DNA from: an uncultured candidate division Zixibacteria bacterium
Lineage (GTDB): Bacteria; Zixibacteria; MSB-5A5; RBG-16-43-9
NCBI GenBank assembly: GCA_963713865.1
Contig: OY970208.1
Span: forward strand, 224,001-288,000
Direction of reading: 5' to 3'
DNA length: 64,000 nucleotides
The notes below the pieces were generated by a model. The model was not told the origin of the DNA. It was given only the letters and a program-made list of their open reading frames with translations, and made no database searches. Numbering within the stretch: position 1 is the first letter of the stretch; each line of letters starts with the position of its first letter. A program made the translations under genes and the position numbers. Below are positions 19,019 to 27,897 of this stretch, one piece after another.

Positions 19019-20182
19019 ATGGAGACCTTCAACCATATCAGAGCAAATATGGAGGAAGAGGAAGAAAGATATTTAGCTCCTTATGCTATGAAAAGTAAGG
19101 AGACTTTGGGTAGGAAATATAAAGAAGAAGACCATCCCTACCGTTCTTTTTTCCAGAGGGATAGGGATCGGATAATCCATTCTTCTGCTTTTCGCAGATT
19201 GGAATATAAAACCCAGGTCTTTGTCAATCATGAGGGGGACCATTACCGTACCCGCTTAACCCACACCATCGAGGTAGCCCAGATCTCCCGCGCTTTAGCC
19301 CGGGCTTTAAAGCTGAATGAAGATTTGACCGAAGCCATTGCCTTAGCTCATGACCTGGGTCATACTCCTTTTGGACATTCAGGCGAGGAGACTTTGAATG
19401 AGATAATGAGAGCACATGGTGGTTTTGAGCATAACCGCCAATCCTTGAGAGTGGTCGATCTGTTAGAGGAAAGGTATCCTGAATTTCCTGGCTTAAATTT
19501 AACCTATGAGGTCAGAGAGGGTATCATAAAACATGAGACAATTTACGACAGGCCAGTTCCGGCAGAATTCAATCCCAAATCCTGTCCCACCCTGGAATGC
19601 CAGGTTGTAAATTTAGCTGATGAGATCGCTTATACCTCCCATGATATCGATGATGGGTTGCGTTCCATGGTTTTAACTGAAGAGGAGCTTAACGAAGTTG
19701 AACTCTGGAGGGAAACTGTAGAGCAGATAGAAAAAAAATATAAAGACTTGACTCCTTATCAGAAAATCAGCCAGGCCGTGAGGATGATTATTAACCAGGA
19801 GGTAACTGACGCCATCCGGGAAACCACCTCTCGATTAAATAAATCTCAGGTCAAAACTGTAGATGAAGTCCGCACCTTCGGAGAAAATCTCTTATCCTTT
19901 AGCCCGGAACTGAAGAAACTAAATTCCCAGTTGAAGATGTTTTTATTTAATAAGATGTACCGCCATTATCGGATGATAAGAATGGCAGACAAGGCTAAGA
20001 GGATAATCACCCAGTTATTTCAGGTCTATCAGAACAATCCTGATCAGCTGCCTCCCCACACTTTAGAGAAATTCAAGGAGTACGATAAGATGCAGGTGAT
20101 CTGTGACTATATAGCCGGGATGACCGATAGATTTGCGCTTCAGGAATACAAGAAGCTTTTTGACCCTTTTGAAAGGGTCTGA
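19019..20182 (+). CDS. dgt: dGTP triphosphohydrolase-like HD protein
   Basis: FQRDRDRIIHS.AFRRL.YKTQV, RTRLTH, HDLGHTPFGH, DYIAGMTD; ATG 19019 follows GGAGG. Confidence 0.93.
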   Translation: METFNHIRANMEEEEERYLAPYAMKSKETLGRKYKEEDHPYRSFFQRDRDRIIHSSAFRRLEYKTQVFVNHEGDHYRTRLTHTIEVAQISRALARALKLNEDLTEAIALAHDLGHTPFGHSGEETLNEIMRAHGGFEHNRQSLRVVDLLEERYPEFPGLNLTYEVREGIIKHETIYDRPVPAEFNPKSCPTLECQVVNLADEIAYTSHDIDDGLRSMVLTEEELNEVELWRETVEQIEKKYKDLTPYQKISQAVRMIINQEVTDAIRETTSRLNKSQVKTVDEVRTFGENLLSFSPELKKLNSQLKMFLFNKMYRHYRMIRMADKAKRIITQLFQVYQNNPDQLPPHTLEKFKEYDKMQVICDYIAGMTDRFALQEYKKLFDPFERV

Positions 20183-20280
20183 TCCCTTAGGTAAGAGATT
20201 GCATCAAGTATGAAGCTGTTTGCATAAAAAATTTCTCCAGTTTTACTTGTATCCGCAAAATTATCAAGATTTCTCAAGTC

Positions 20281-20439
20281 TTGCAAAATGCAATATCTGA
20301 AATTTAGTTTTTCAATTTTGTATCTTGCTTGAAATCAGATAATTAGAAAACCTGTTAGCTTTCCTGCTCATTATTTTAACGATTTTCCTTCCACCTAAAA
20401 CCTGTCGCCTCTTTCCTCTTAGCAGGCATAGGTTTTGCT
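20281..20439 (+). promoter_or_regulatory. Sigma-54 promoter with IHF site and possible upstream activator sequence
   Basis: GG (20425-26) and GC (20437-38) in AGGCATAGGTTTTGCT; AATCAGATAATTA (20333-45) matches the IHF consensus WATCARNNNNTTR; palindrome TTGCAAAATGCAA at 20281-93. Confidence 0.7.
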
Positions 20440-20474
20440 CAAATGTTATTTTAGAAAACAGCGAAGGAGGATAT

Positions 20475-20840
20475 ATGGAATGCTACTTCTATGGAACTAT
20501 AAGAATAGGGGAGGAGAAGGAAAGGTTCAATGGGGTGGTATCCTTCGCCATACCTGATTTAGGGATCATCTTCCGGGCGCAGTACAAAGGCTCTCCTCCT
20601 GAATGTGAATATGCCAGTCTCTTAGCCCTTCTGGAGTTCATAGAACAGAACCCGAATCTGTTCAAGAGTAAAAGAATAGAAATTTACGGTGACAGTTTTA
20701 TGGTAGTTCATCAGGTTAATATGCAGATGCACTGTGCCAAAGAGTTAGAGCCTTACCGCAATATGGCACTGGGCTATAAAAAGAAAATCCCTTATGTATT
20801 GAACTGGATTCCAAAACATGATAATCCGGCATTGATTTAA
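20475..20840 (+). CDS. Small RNase HI-like (RVT_3) protein with a degenerate active site
   Basis: CEYASLL, IEIYGDS.MVV.QV and WIPK.DN motifs; AGGAGG RBS; first and last catalytic Asp absent. Confidence 0.75.
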   Translation: MECYFYGTIRIGEEKERFNGVVSFAIPDLGIIFRAQYKGSPPECEYASLLALLEFIEQNPNLFKSKRIEIYGDSFMVVHQVNMQMHCAKELEPYRNMALGYKKKIPYVLNWIPKHDNPALI

Positions 20841-20871
20841 TAATAGATAGGGGTTAGGGTGGGGAAACTAC

Positions 20872-20903
20872 AGGAGAGGGTTTTAAAACCCTCTCCTTTT
20901 TTT
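20872..20903 (+). terminator. Intrinsic terminator
   Basis: AGGAGAGGGTTTTAAAACCCTCTCC followed by a T run. Confidence 0.8.
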
Positions 20904-21146
20904 GTAGGGGTAGACCTGTGTGTTTACCCTGATAAATTTGGGGCGAACACATAGGTTCGCCCCTACCTTCAATTCATCAGTGTCATTGCGAGGAGTCCCG
21001 CCAACGGCGGGACGACGAAGCAATCTACCTTCAGCGGGACATGCTTGACTTGCGGAGTTTTTACTTCCTCAAGTGTCCGTTATCCACCGCAGGTAGATTA
21101 ACCCGACGGTGACCTCACCCCAAACCACTCCTGTGAGGAGAGGGAA
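20904..21146. repeat. Composite cluster of REP-like hairpins
   Basis: GTAGGGGTAGAC..., GGGCGAAC..GTTCGCCCCTAC, GTCATTGCGAG...GAAGCAATCT, CCTCACCCC...GGAGAGGG. Confidence 0.7.
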
Positions 21147-21254
21147 TACACAATCTCCATTTAATTTCACATCCGCTATCTGCCATTCGTCATTATCATT
21201 GACAGAGTCAATCTATTTTGCTAACTTTTCTTGTGGAATCAGGATAGGAAAAAG

Positions 21255-22241
21255 ATGAAATACTTAGAATTCATAACCCAGATAGAAAAAGGGAAAATCT
21301 CTCCTCTGTATCATTTTACCGGAGAAGAGGAACTTCTGAAGCGGGAAGCCGTTGAAAAACTGATAGGGCTTTTGATCGAGCCACCCCTGAAGAGCTTCAA
21401 CCTGGATTTTATCCAGGCACGGGAGTCCAAAGCTGAGGAGATAATAAACCTGTGTGCTACCCTTCCTTTTGGCTCCCGGAAAAGGATGGTGGTAGTCTAT
21501 GATATTCAGAAGCTTCATCCCAAGCACAAGGATGAGCTTTCCAGATACTTTCCCCATATCCCTGAATCAAGCTGTTTAGTTGTAATTTCAAACAGGGTTG
21601 ACAAGAGGTTAAAATTCTATCAGGATTTAAAAAAGGAAGCCACTGAAGTTGAATTCTCGCTCCTTTTGGATGAGGAGGTTTTGGACTGGATTAATGAGAG
21701 AGTTGAAAAATATCGAAAAAAGATGGAACCTAAAGGGGTTGCGTTATTGCTGGAAACAGTAGGTAATAATCTTTATGAACTTTCCAATGAGCTTGAAAAG
21801 TTATCCATCTATGTCCAGGATAAAGAGCTGATCGATTTAAAGGATATTGAAAATGTTGTTGGTTATACTAAAACCGAGAATGTCTTTCAGTTGAATCAGG
21901 CAATCGGTGAAAAAAAGCTTAACCGGGCATTAAAGATCTTGAAGGACCTCTCCCTTTCCAAAGGAAAAGAATCCGGCATTATCTTCATGCTCGGGGATCA
22001 TTTCCTCAAGCTTTATCAGATTAAAGCTTCTGCCGAGAAGAATATGTACAATCTGGCTCATCTTTTAAGAATTTATTACGGTTCGGTGCAGGAATATCAG
22101 AATCAGGCAAAAAATTTCAGCTTGGAGCAGTTGGAAAAAGGGCTCTCCCTTATTTACCAGGCAGACTTAGATTTGAAATCAGGGAAAATGCCCCAGAAAT
22201 TTTTAGTGGAGCTTTTAATCTATGAGCTGTGCCGTTTGTGA
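21255..22241 (+). CDS. holA: DNA polymerase III delta subunit
   Basis: YHFTGEE, TLPFGSRKRMVVV, NELEKL, ADLDLKSG; ATG 21255 preferred over TTG 21231. Confidence 0.88.
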   Translation: MKYLEFITQIEKGKISPLYHFTGEEELLKREAVEKLIGLLIEPPLKSFNLDFIQARESKAEEIINLCATLPFGSRKRMVVVYDIQKLHPKHKDELSRYFPHIPESSCLVVISNRVDKRLKFYQDLKKEATEVEFSLLLDEEVLDWINERVEKYRKKMEPKGVALLLETVGNNLYELSNELEKLSIYVQDKELIDLKDIENVVGYTKTENVFQLNQAIGEKKLNRALKILKDLSLSKGKESGIIFMLGDHFLKLYQIKASAEKNMYNLAHLLRIYYGSVQEYQNQAKNFSLEQLEKGLSLIYQADLDLKSGKMPQKFLVELLIYELCRL

Positions 22242-22286
22242 ATCTGGGAAAAACCTGTTTCTAAAAAGTTTAGCCCGGTAAAAAAC

Positions 22287-22314
22287 CGGGAATATTTTTT
22301 ATCTTAAATTGTAT
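22287..22314 (+). promoter_or_regulatory. Candidate ECF promoter, copy 1
   Basis: CGGGAATATTTT-N10-TTGTAT upstream of the ECF sigma gene; same motif at 24079-24107. Confidence 0.6.
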
Positions 22315-22322
22315 TGTAACTG

Positions 22323-22916
22323 ATGGAAGTTCTGATGGCGGAGAAAAGGTTTAGAACTAAATCTGAGGAGCCGGAGGAAAAACTAATAGCTAAAGCCAAA
22401 AGAGGGGATATCTATTCTTTTGAAAGGCTGGTGGAAAAATATCAGAAGAAAATCTATTACCTGGCACTGCGTATGACCAGATCGCATGAGGCCGCAGATG
22501 ACCTGGCACAGGAAGCTTTTATCAAAGCGTTCTATGCTCTGAAATCCTTTAAGGAAGGCTTCAGTTTCTCAGCCTGGGTTTATAAGATCTGTATGAACCT
22601 GACCCTGAATTATCTTAAAAGACAGAAATTCACCATTCCGGAAAGCCAGCTTCCAGAAAACTATTTTGAATCTTTGAACCACAAGGATAAAGATGATTTT
22701 TCAGACCAGTTAGTCAAAGAGGAGCTGAGAAAAAAAATTGAGCAGGAAATAGATAATCTGCCCCCGGATTTTAAAGCAGTCTTTATATTGAAAACCTATG
22801 AAGATTTAAGTTACGAACAGATAGCTCAGGCTTTGAAGATCTCTAAGGGAACCGTAATGTCCCGGCTGTTCCGGGCAAGGGAGAGAATGCAGAGGAGTTT
22901 AAAAGGTTATCTATGA
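22323..22916 (+). CDS. ECF sigma factor
   Basis: DLAQEAFIKA, FSAWVYKI, LSYEQIA...GTVMSRLFRAR. Confidence 0.95.
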   Translation: MEVLMAEKRFRTKSEEPEEKLIAKAKRGDIYSFERLVEKYQKKIYYLALRMTRSHEAADDLAQEAFIKAFYALKSFKEGFSFSAWVYKICMNLTLNYLKRQKFTIPESQLPENYFESLNHKDKDDFSDQLVKEELRKKIEQEIDNLPPDFKAVFILKTYEDLSYEQIAQALKISKGTVMSRLFRARERMQRSLKGYL

Positions 22917-22922
22917 AAGAAG

Positions 22923-24071
22923 GTGGGAAAATTGAAGTGTGAGGATTTTGACAAATTACTCCATCTTTATTTCGATGGAGAGCTGAAAGAAAAAGAGTTT
23001 GAAAAGATAGAAGAACATCTTTTGAGCTGCCAAAGGTGTGCTGAAAAGCTGCAGGAGCTTAAAAACCTGGAGGAAGAGGTCAAAGGGATAAAGATGCCCG
23101 AGCCTTCTGGCACCTACTGGAAAACCTTTACCGAGGAGGTTAGAAACAAGATCATCCTGAGCAGGAAAAAATCTTTCTGGGCAAAAATTAAGTCTGGCTG
23201 GGAGTCATTTTTCTACTACTCGCCAGCTAAGCTGAGAATAGCCGCCGGAATTGCCTCAGTCCTTTTAGTCTTTATCGTAGGCAAGCTTTACTGGGACTAT
23301 AAAGGAAAAGAATTGGAAGAAATAAGGTCTTTGAGAATGGAGAAATCTTTAAGCTCTCAAGTCCCCAAAAAAGTTGAATACCCAGCCCCAGCAATTAAGG
23401 AGTCTGCTCAGGTTGGGAATCAAATAAAGGAATCAACCATTGTCGAACAGAAATTGCCATTACCAGAAGAAAAAATCAAGGATAAAACAAAAAAAGAGGC
23501 TGGACAAGGCAAAATCATAGTGCCTGAGTCAACTATAACTGTTACTGCTGAAAGACCAAAGATCGAGAAAGGGGTGACTGCAAATTTAAGGACTGTAACT
23601 CAAGCAGAATTAGCTATAAAACCTCCAGGTGTGCCAGAAACAACTATCCAAGTTCAGAAATTACCAGAAGAAAAGAAAGCCATTAAAGTATTAGCAGAAC
23701 AAACTATTTCAACAAAAAAAATAGGTGAGGAATTATATCCTTCTGAAGGTGTAAGATATTATATGCCTGTTAAAACCTGGATTAGAGCTTTGAATGAAAA
23801 AGATACTTTAGTGGAAGTAGATACCCTGAAAAAAGTGATTACTTCCTGGAAAGAATTTTTTGAAAAAAAGCAAAAACCCGAATGGATTCCTGAAGGATTT
23901 TCACAAATTGCGATTGCTTATCAGCTTCTTTTCCTCAAGACCAAAGACCAGGTTCTACTGCAAGAAGGGATTGAGCTTCTGAAAAAATATAATGAGTCTG
24001 CAACTGACCAGAGAATTAAGGAGGAATTTGGTAAGAAAATTGAAGAGCTGGAGAATTTGAAGAAAAAATAA
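22923..24071 (+). CDS. zf-HC2 anti-sigma factor with one TM helix and a long periplasmic domain
   Basis: C...HLLSCQRC zinc motif, TM segment IAAGIASVLLVFIVG, directly downstream of the sigma gene. Confidence 0.88.
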   Translation: MGKLKCEDFDKLLHLYFDGELKEKEFEKIEEHLLSCQRCAEKLQELKNLEEEVKGIKMPEPSGTYWKTFTEEVRNKIILSRKKSFWAKIKSGWESFFYYSPAKLRIAAGIASVLLVFIVGKLYWDYKGKELEEIRSLRMEKSLSSQVPKKVEYPAPAIKESAQVGNQIKESTIVEQKLPLPEEKIKDKTKKEAGQGKIIVPESTITVTAERPKIEKGVTANLRTVTQAELAIKPPGVPETTIQVQKLPEEKKAIKVLAEQTISTKKIGEELYPSEGVRYYMPVKTWIRALNEKDTLVEVDTLKKVITSWKEFFEKKQKPEWIPEGFSQIAIAYQLLFLKTKDQVLLQEGIELLKKYNESATDQRIKEEFGKKIEELENLKKK

Positions 24072-24078
24072 ATTTTTT

Positions 24079-24107
24079 CGGGAATATTTTCCTTCCTTGA
24101 TTTGTAT
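24079..24107 (+). promoter_or_regulatory. Candidate ECF promoter, copy 2
   Basis: CGGGAATATTTT-N11-TTGTAT upstream of the VIT-vWA gene. Confidence 0.6.
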
Positions 24108-24140
24108 AGGGAGTAGAAAAACCTTTTCAAGGAGGGAATT

Positions 24141-26291
24141 ATGAAAAAAGTAAGTCTTATAATCAGCTTCTTCCTGCTCTTAACTTCAAATATCTGGGCT
24201 GATGGATTCATTATCCCCGTGCCTCGCTATCCGGAAGAGCCACCTCCCCCTTATCTTTCGATCAAATATCATAACGTGGAGATCAAAATCGACAATCAGG
24301 TAGCCCAAACCACTGTCGATCAGGTTTTCAAAAACGATTATCCTCACGATTTAGAGGGAACTTATATCTTTCCCCTGCCTGAAGATGCCAGCATCTCCAG
24401 ATTCTCTATGTTTATTAAAGGGGAAGAGATAAAAGGGGAAATTCTGGATAGAGAAAAAGCCAAAAGAATCTATGAGGAGATAGTCAGGAGAAGAAAAGAC
24501 CCGGCTCTTTTGGAATATTATAATCAGGGGATGTTCCGAGCCCGGGTCTATCCCATACCAGCCCATGGCGAGACCAGGATAAAATTAGGATATTCTCAGA
24601 TCTTGAAATTGGAAAACGGGCTCTGCGAATACAACTATTCACTTTCCACTGAGAAATTCTCCCGGAACCCTTTAGAAAGTGTGAGAATCGAGCTGGTGAT
24701 AAACTCGGATACCCCCATTAAAAACGTCTATTCTCCAACTCAGGACATAAGGGTCGAGAGAGAAAATGACCATAGAGTCAAGGTCTCTTACTTTGAAGAG
24801 AATACCAAACCGAATAAAGATTTTGTCCTGTATTACACTCTATCCGAAGAAGAAATAGGTTTCACCCTTTTAAGCTATCAGGACGAAAAAGAGGGGAATT
24901 TCTTTATGGCTCTGTTCTCCCCTCAACTCCAGAGAGCTGAGAAACCGATCCGGAAAAAAATCATTTTCCTTTTAGATACCTCTGGCAGTATGCAGGGCGA
25001 GAAGATCAAACAGGCTAAAAACGCCTTGATCTTCTGCCTGAACGGCTTAAATCCCGGAGACAGCTTCAACCTTATCGATTTTGACGACCGCATAAAAACC
25101 TTCAAAGAAAGGCTATTGCTCGCTACCAAAGAAAACATTGATTCAGGCGTTAAATTTATCCAGGGCTGTGAGGCAGAAGGTGGAACAGACATTAATTCAG
25201 CACTTTTGGAAGGCTTAGAAAAACTCAATCCTGAAGACAGAACTTCCTATATAATATTTTTGACAGATGGCCTACCTACAGTTGGTGTAACAGATATCAA
25301 AAAGATTTTGGAAAACGTCAAAGCAAGGAACAGCAATGGCAGGATTTTTGTCTTCGGCGTTGGATTCGACGTCAACACCCATTTCTTAGACCGCTTGGCT
25401 AAAGACAATCACGCTGCTTCTGATTATGTAACTCCATCTGAGGATATTGAGGTAAAAGTTTCAAGCTTTTATAAGAAAATCTCCAATCCCATATTATCTG
25501 ATTTAAGCTTGAAATTCTCCGGGGTTAAAACCTTTGACCTCTACCCTGGAGAGCTGCCCGATCTTTTCAGTGGCTCTCAGATAATCGTTTTAGGGAAATA
25601 CGAAGGTGAAGGTATATCTTTTGCCACTTTATCCGGATACACAAACGCAGGAAAAGAAGTCTACTCTTATAAAGTTAAATTTTCTCCTGCTGAACAGAAT
25701 AATTTTATCCCCCGGCTTTGGGCAATGAGACGGATTGGCTATTTGTCAGACCAGATCAGACTATATGGGAAAAATACGGAATTGGTTGATGAGATTGTGC
25801 ATCTTTCAAAAAGATATGGCATTATCACTCAATACACCTCCTTTCTTGTTGACACTGATCGCTCAATAAATGTTACAGCAGATAGACCAATAATCGAAAA
25901 GGGTGTAACTTCTAATCTTCGGACTATGACCGGCTCAGAAGCAGTTTATCAAGCTCTAAAGGCTCAGGAACTGCAAAGTGCTCCAGTTGTTCCAGATAGA
26001 TACACCGATTCCTCAGGTAAAGAGAAAAAAGTAACTGAAGTAAAACAAGTGGCAAACAAGACCTTTTTCAAAAAAGGTGAGATCTGGGTGGATAGCGAGT
26101 ATGATACTAAACTTAAGACTATAAAAATTCAAAGGTTTAGCCTGGCTTATTTTGAATTGGCTAAAAAATTTCCGGAATTTGAGAAATATCTCTCTTTAGG
26201 TGATAAGGTTATCTTCGTGTTCAAGGGTAAAGTGATTAAGATAGCTGACCAGGGAGAGGAAAAAATTGAGGTTCTGAATGAATTAAAGTAG
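24141..26291 (+). CDS. Secreted VIT + von Willebrand A domain protein (inter-alpha-trypsin-inhibitor-like)
   Basis: Signal peptide; VIT motifs (VDQVFKN, EGTYIFPLP, DPALLEY); MIDAS DTSGSM, GGTDI, FLTDG. Confidence 0.92.
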   Translation: MKKVSLIISFFLLLTSNIWADGFIIPVPRYPEEPPPPYLSIKYHNVEIKIDNQVAQTTVDQVFKNDYPHDLEGTYIFPLPEDASISRFSMFIKGEEIKGEILDREKAKRIYEEIVRRRKDPALLEYYNQGMFRARVYPIPAHGETRIKLGYSQILKLENGLCEYNYSLSTEKFSRNPLESVRIELVINSDTPIKNVYSPTQDIRVERENDHRVKVSYFEENTKPNKDFVLYYTLSEEEIGFTLLSYQDEKEGNFFMALFSPQLQRAEKPIRKKIIFLLDTSGSMQGEKIKQAKNALIFCLNGLNPGDSFNLIDFDDRIKTFKERLLLATKENIDSGVKFIQGCEAEGGTDINSALLEGLEKLNPEDRTSYIIFLTDGLPTVGVTDIKKILENVKARNSNGRIFVFGVGFDVNTHFLDRLAKDNHAASDYVTPSEDIEVKVSSFYKKISNPILSDLSLKFSGVKTFDLYPGELPDLFSGSQIIVLGKYEGEGISFATLSGYTNAGKEVYSYKVKFSPAEQNNFIPRLWAMRRIGYLSDQIRLYGKNTELVDEIVHLSKRYGIITQYTSFLVDTDRSINVTADRPIIEKGVTSNLRTMTGSEAVYQALKAQELQSAPVVPDRYTDSSGKEKKVTEVKQVANKTFFKKGEIWVDSEYDTKLKTIKIQRFSLAYFELAKKFPEFEKYLSLGDKVIFVFKGKVIKIADQGEEKIEVLNELK

Positions 26292-26316
26292 TGGAACTCT
26301 TCAGAGTTGTAGACTT

Positions 26317-26502
26317 GCAGGTACAGAATCCGCCTCAGGCGGATTCTGTACCTTGCATATTTGTAAGGACAATTCATGAATTACCCCTACGTAAACCCAT
26401 TAGGGCAAACACACCTCTCTGCCTCAACTAATTCAAGTGGCCGTCGGGTCCCCTGACCCGATGGAAACCTCACCCCAACCCGCTCCTTACAAAGGAGAGT
26501 GA
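26317..26502. repeat. Composite cluster of REP-like hairpins with a nested mini-palindrome
   Basis: GCAGGTACAGAA[TCCGCCTCAGGCGGA]TTCTGTACC, AATTCATGAATTACCCCTAC, CCGTCGGGTC..GACCCGATGG, CCTCACCCC.. Confidence 0.7.
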
Positions 26503-26701
26503 ACAAATCCTTCCCCTATTTTTTATTCGATACTCTAACTCAGGTTTTCGGTATCAGCTACTCAATTTCTATTTTTTTAAACCTTGAACCTTCAAACCTT
26601 TGAATTCTTGAACCTCTATTTTTTAAATATCTATTGACAAAGTTTAAAATTTGATTTTTATTTTCGGTTAAGGAAATTAAAATCGCTTTTCAGGTGGAAA
26701 G

Positions 26702-27442
26702 ATGAAATGGAAAGGACTACTCCTGATTTTTACGTTCCTCTTCTTAGCCTGTATAAAAACCGAGAAGAAAGGCTCTTCTATGGAAAATAAGTCCGAGTTA
26801 GATTCAGAAGGAATGATTGAGAAAAGGGATTTGATGGTTAAATCCCAGATCGAGAGCCGTGGTGTCAAAGACCCTCTGGTTTTAAAGGCGATGAGAAAAG
26901 TTCCCCGGCATCTGTTTGTGCCTAAGAGTTTTCGTGAAGAATCTTATGCAGATGAGCCTTTGCCCATTGGAGAAAATCAAACCATCTCCCAGCCCTATAT
27001 AGTTGCTTTGATGACCGAGCTTTTAGGCTTGAAAGGAGGGGAGAAAGTCTTAGAGATAGGAACTGGCTCAGGTTATCAGGCTGCCATCTTGGCTGAAATA
27101 GCAAAAGAGGTTTACAGTATAGAGATTGTCTGCACCTTAGCAGAAAGAGCTGAAAGTACCCTGAAGGAATTAGGATATAAAAATATCACCATAAAATGCG
27201 CAGATGGTTATCAGGGCTGGAAAGAGCATTCCTCTTTTGATGGAATTCTCGTAACTGCTGCACCTGATCATATCCCCCAACCCTTAATCGACCAGCTCAA
27301 AATCGGGGGAAGATTAGTTATCCCGGTTGGAGAGCTTTTTCAGGAACTAATTCTGGTTACCAAAACTGATAAAGGTATAAAGAAAGAGGATGTTATCCCG
27401 GTTCGATTTGTGCCGATGACCGGCGAAGCTGAAAAGAAATGA
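26702..27442 (+). CDS. pcm: Protein-L-isoaspartate O-methyltransferase with lipoprotein-like N-terminus
   Basis: [36 protein letters not shown]. Confidence 0.95.
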   Translation: MKWKGLLLIFTFLFLACIKTEKKGSSMENKSELDSEGMIEKRDLMVKSQIESRGVKDPLVLKAMRKVPRHLFVPKSFREESYADEPLPIGENQTISQPYIVALMTELLGLKGGEKVLEIGTGSGYQAAILAEIAKEVYSIEIVCTLAERAESTLKELGYKNITIKCADGYQGWKEHSSFDGILVTAAPDHIPQPLIDQLKIGGRLVIPVGELFQELILVTKTDKGIKKEDVIPVRFVPMTGEAEKK

Positions 27443-27465
27443 AACTCGAAAAAGATAAATTCGTA
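27440..27465 (+). promoter_or_regulatory. SigW-type ECF promoter upstream of pspC
   Basis: TGAAAC-N16-CGTA, the Bacillus SigW consensus. Confidence 0.65.
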
Positions 27466-27488
27466 TAACCAAGAAAAAAGAGGTAGAT

Positions 27489-27854
27489 ATGGACAAGAAG
27501 CTTTATCGTTCCACAAAAAACACAATGATCGCCGGGGTCTGCGGTGGTGTGGGCGAGTATTTCAATATAGATCCAACCATCGTTCGGCTCTTAGCCGTGC
27601 TTTTGATCTTCGCCGAAGGGATCGGACTTCTGCTTTATATCATCGCCTGGATAATCGTGCCCCGGGCAGAAGCAATCGAAGGTGAGGTTCAGGTGGTTAA
27701 AGAGACCAACTCGAAAAAATACTTGCCCGGCTTGATCTTAATTGGAGTTGGGGTTATATTCTTGCTCAACAATTTCATCCCCTGGTTTCACTTTCATTTC
27801 ATCTGGCCTTTGATCCTTATACTTCTGGGAGTATTCCTGTTAGTAAAAGCTTAA
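27489..27854 (+). CDS. PspC domain protein with C-terminal LiaI/LiaF-like TM hairpin
   Basis: LYRS...MIAGVCGGVGEYFNIDPTIVRL...YIIAWIIVP. Confidence 0.9.
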   Translation: MDKKLYRSTKNTMIAGVCGGVGEYFNIDPTIVRLLAVLLIFAEGIGLLLYIIAWIIVPRAEAIEGEVQVVKETNSKKYLPGLILIGVGVIFLLNNFIPWFHFHFIWPLILILLGVFLLVKA

Positions 27855-27897
27855 ATCCGAAAAACGGAGACCACGAGCCGTCGTAGGAGGAGATCGT

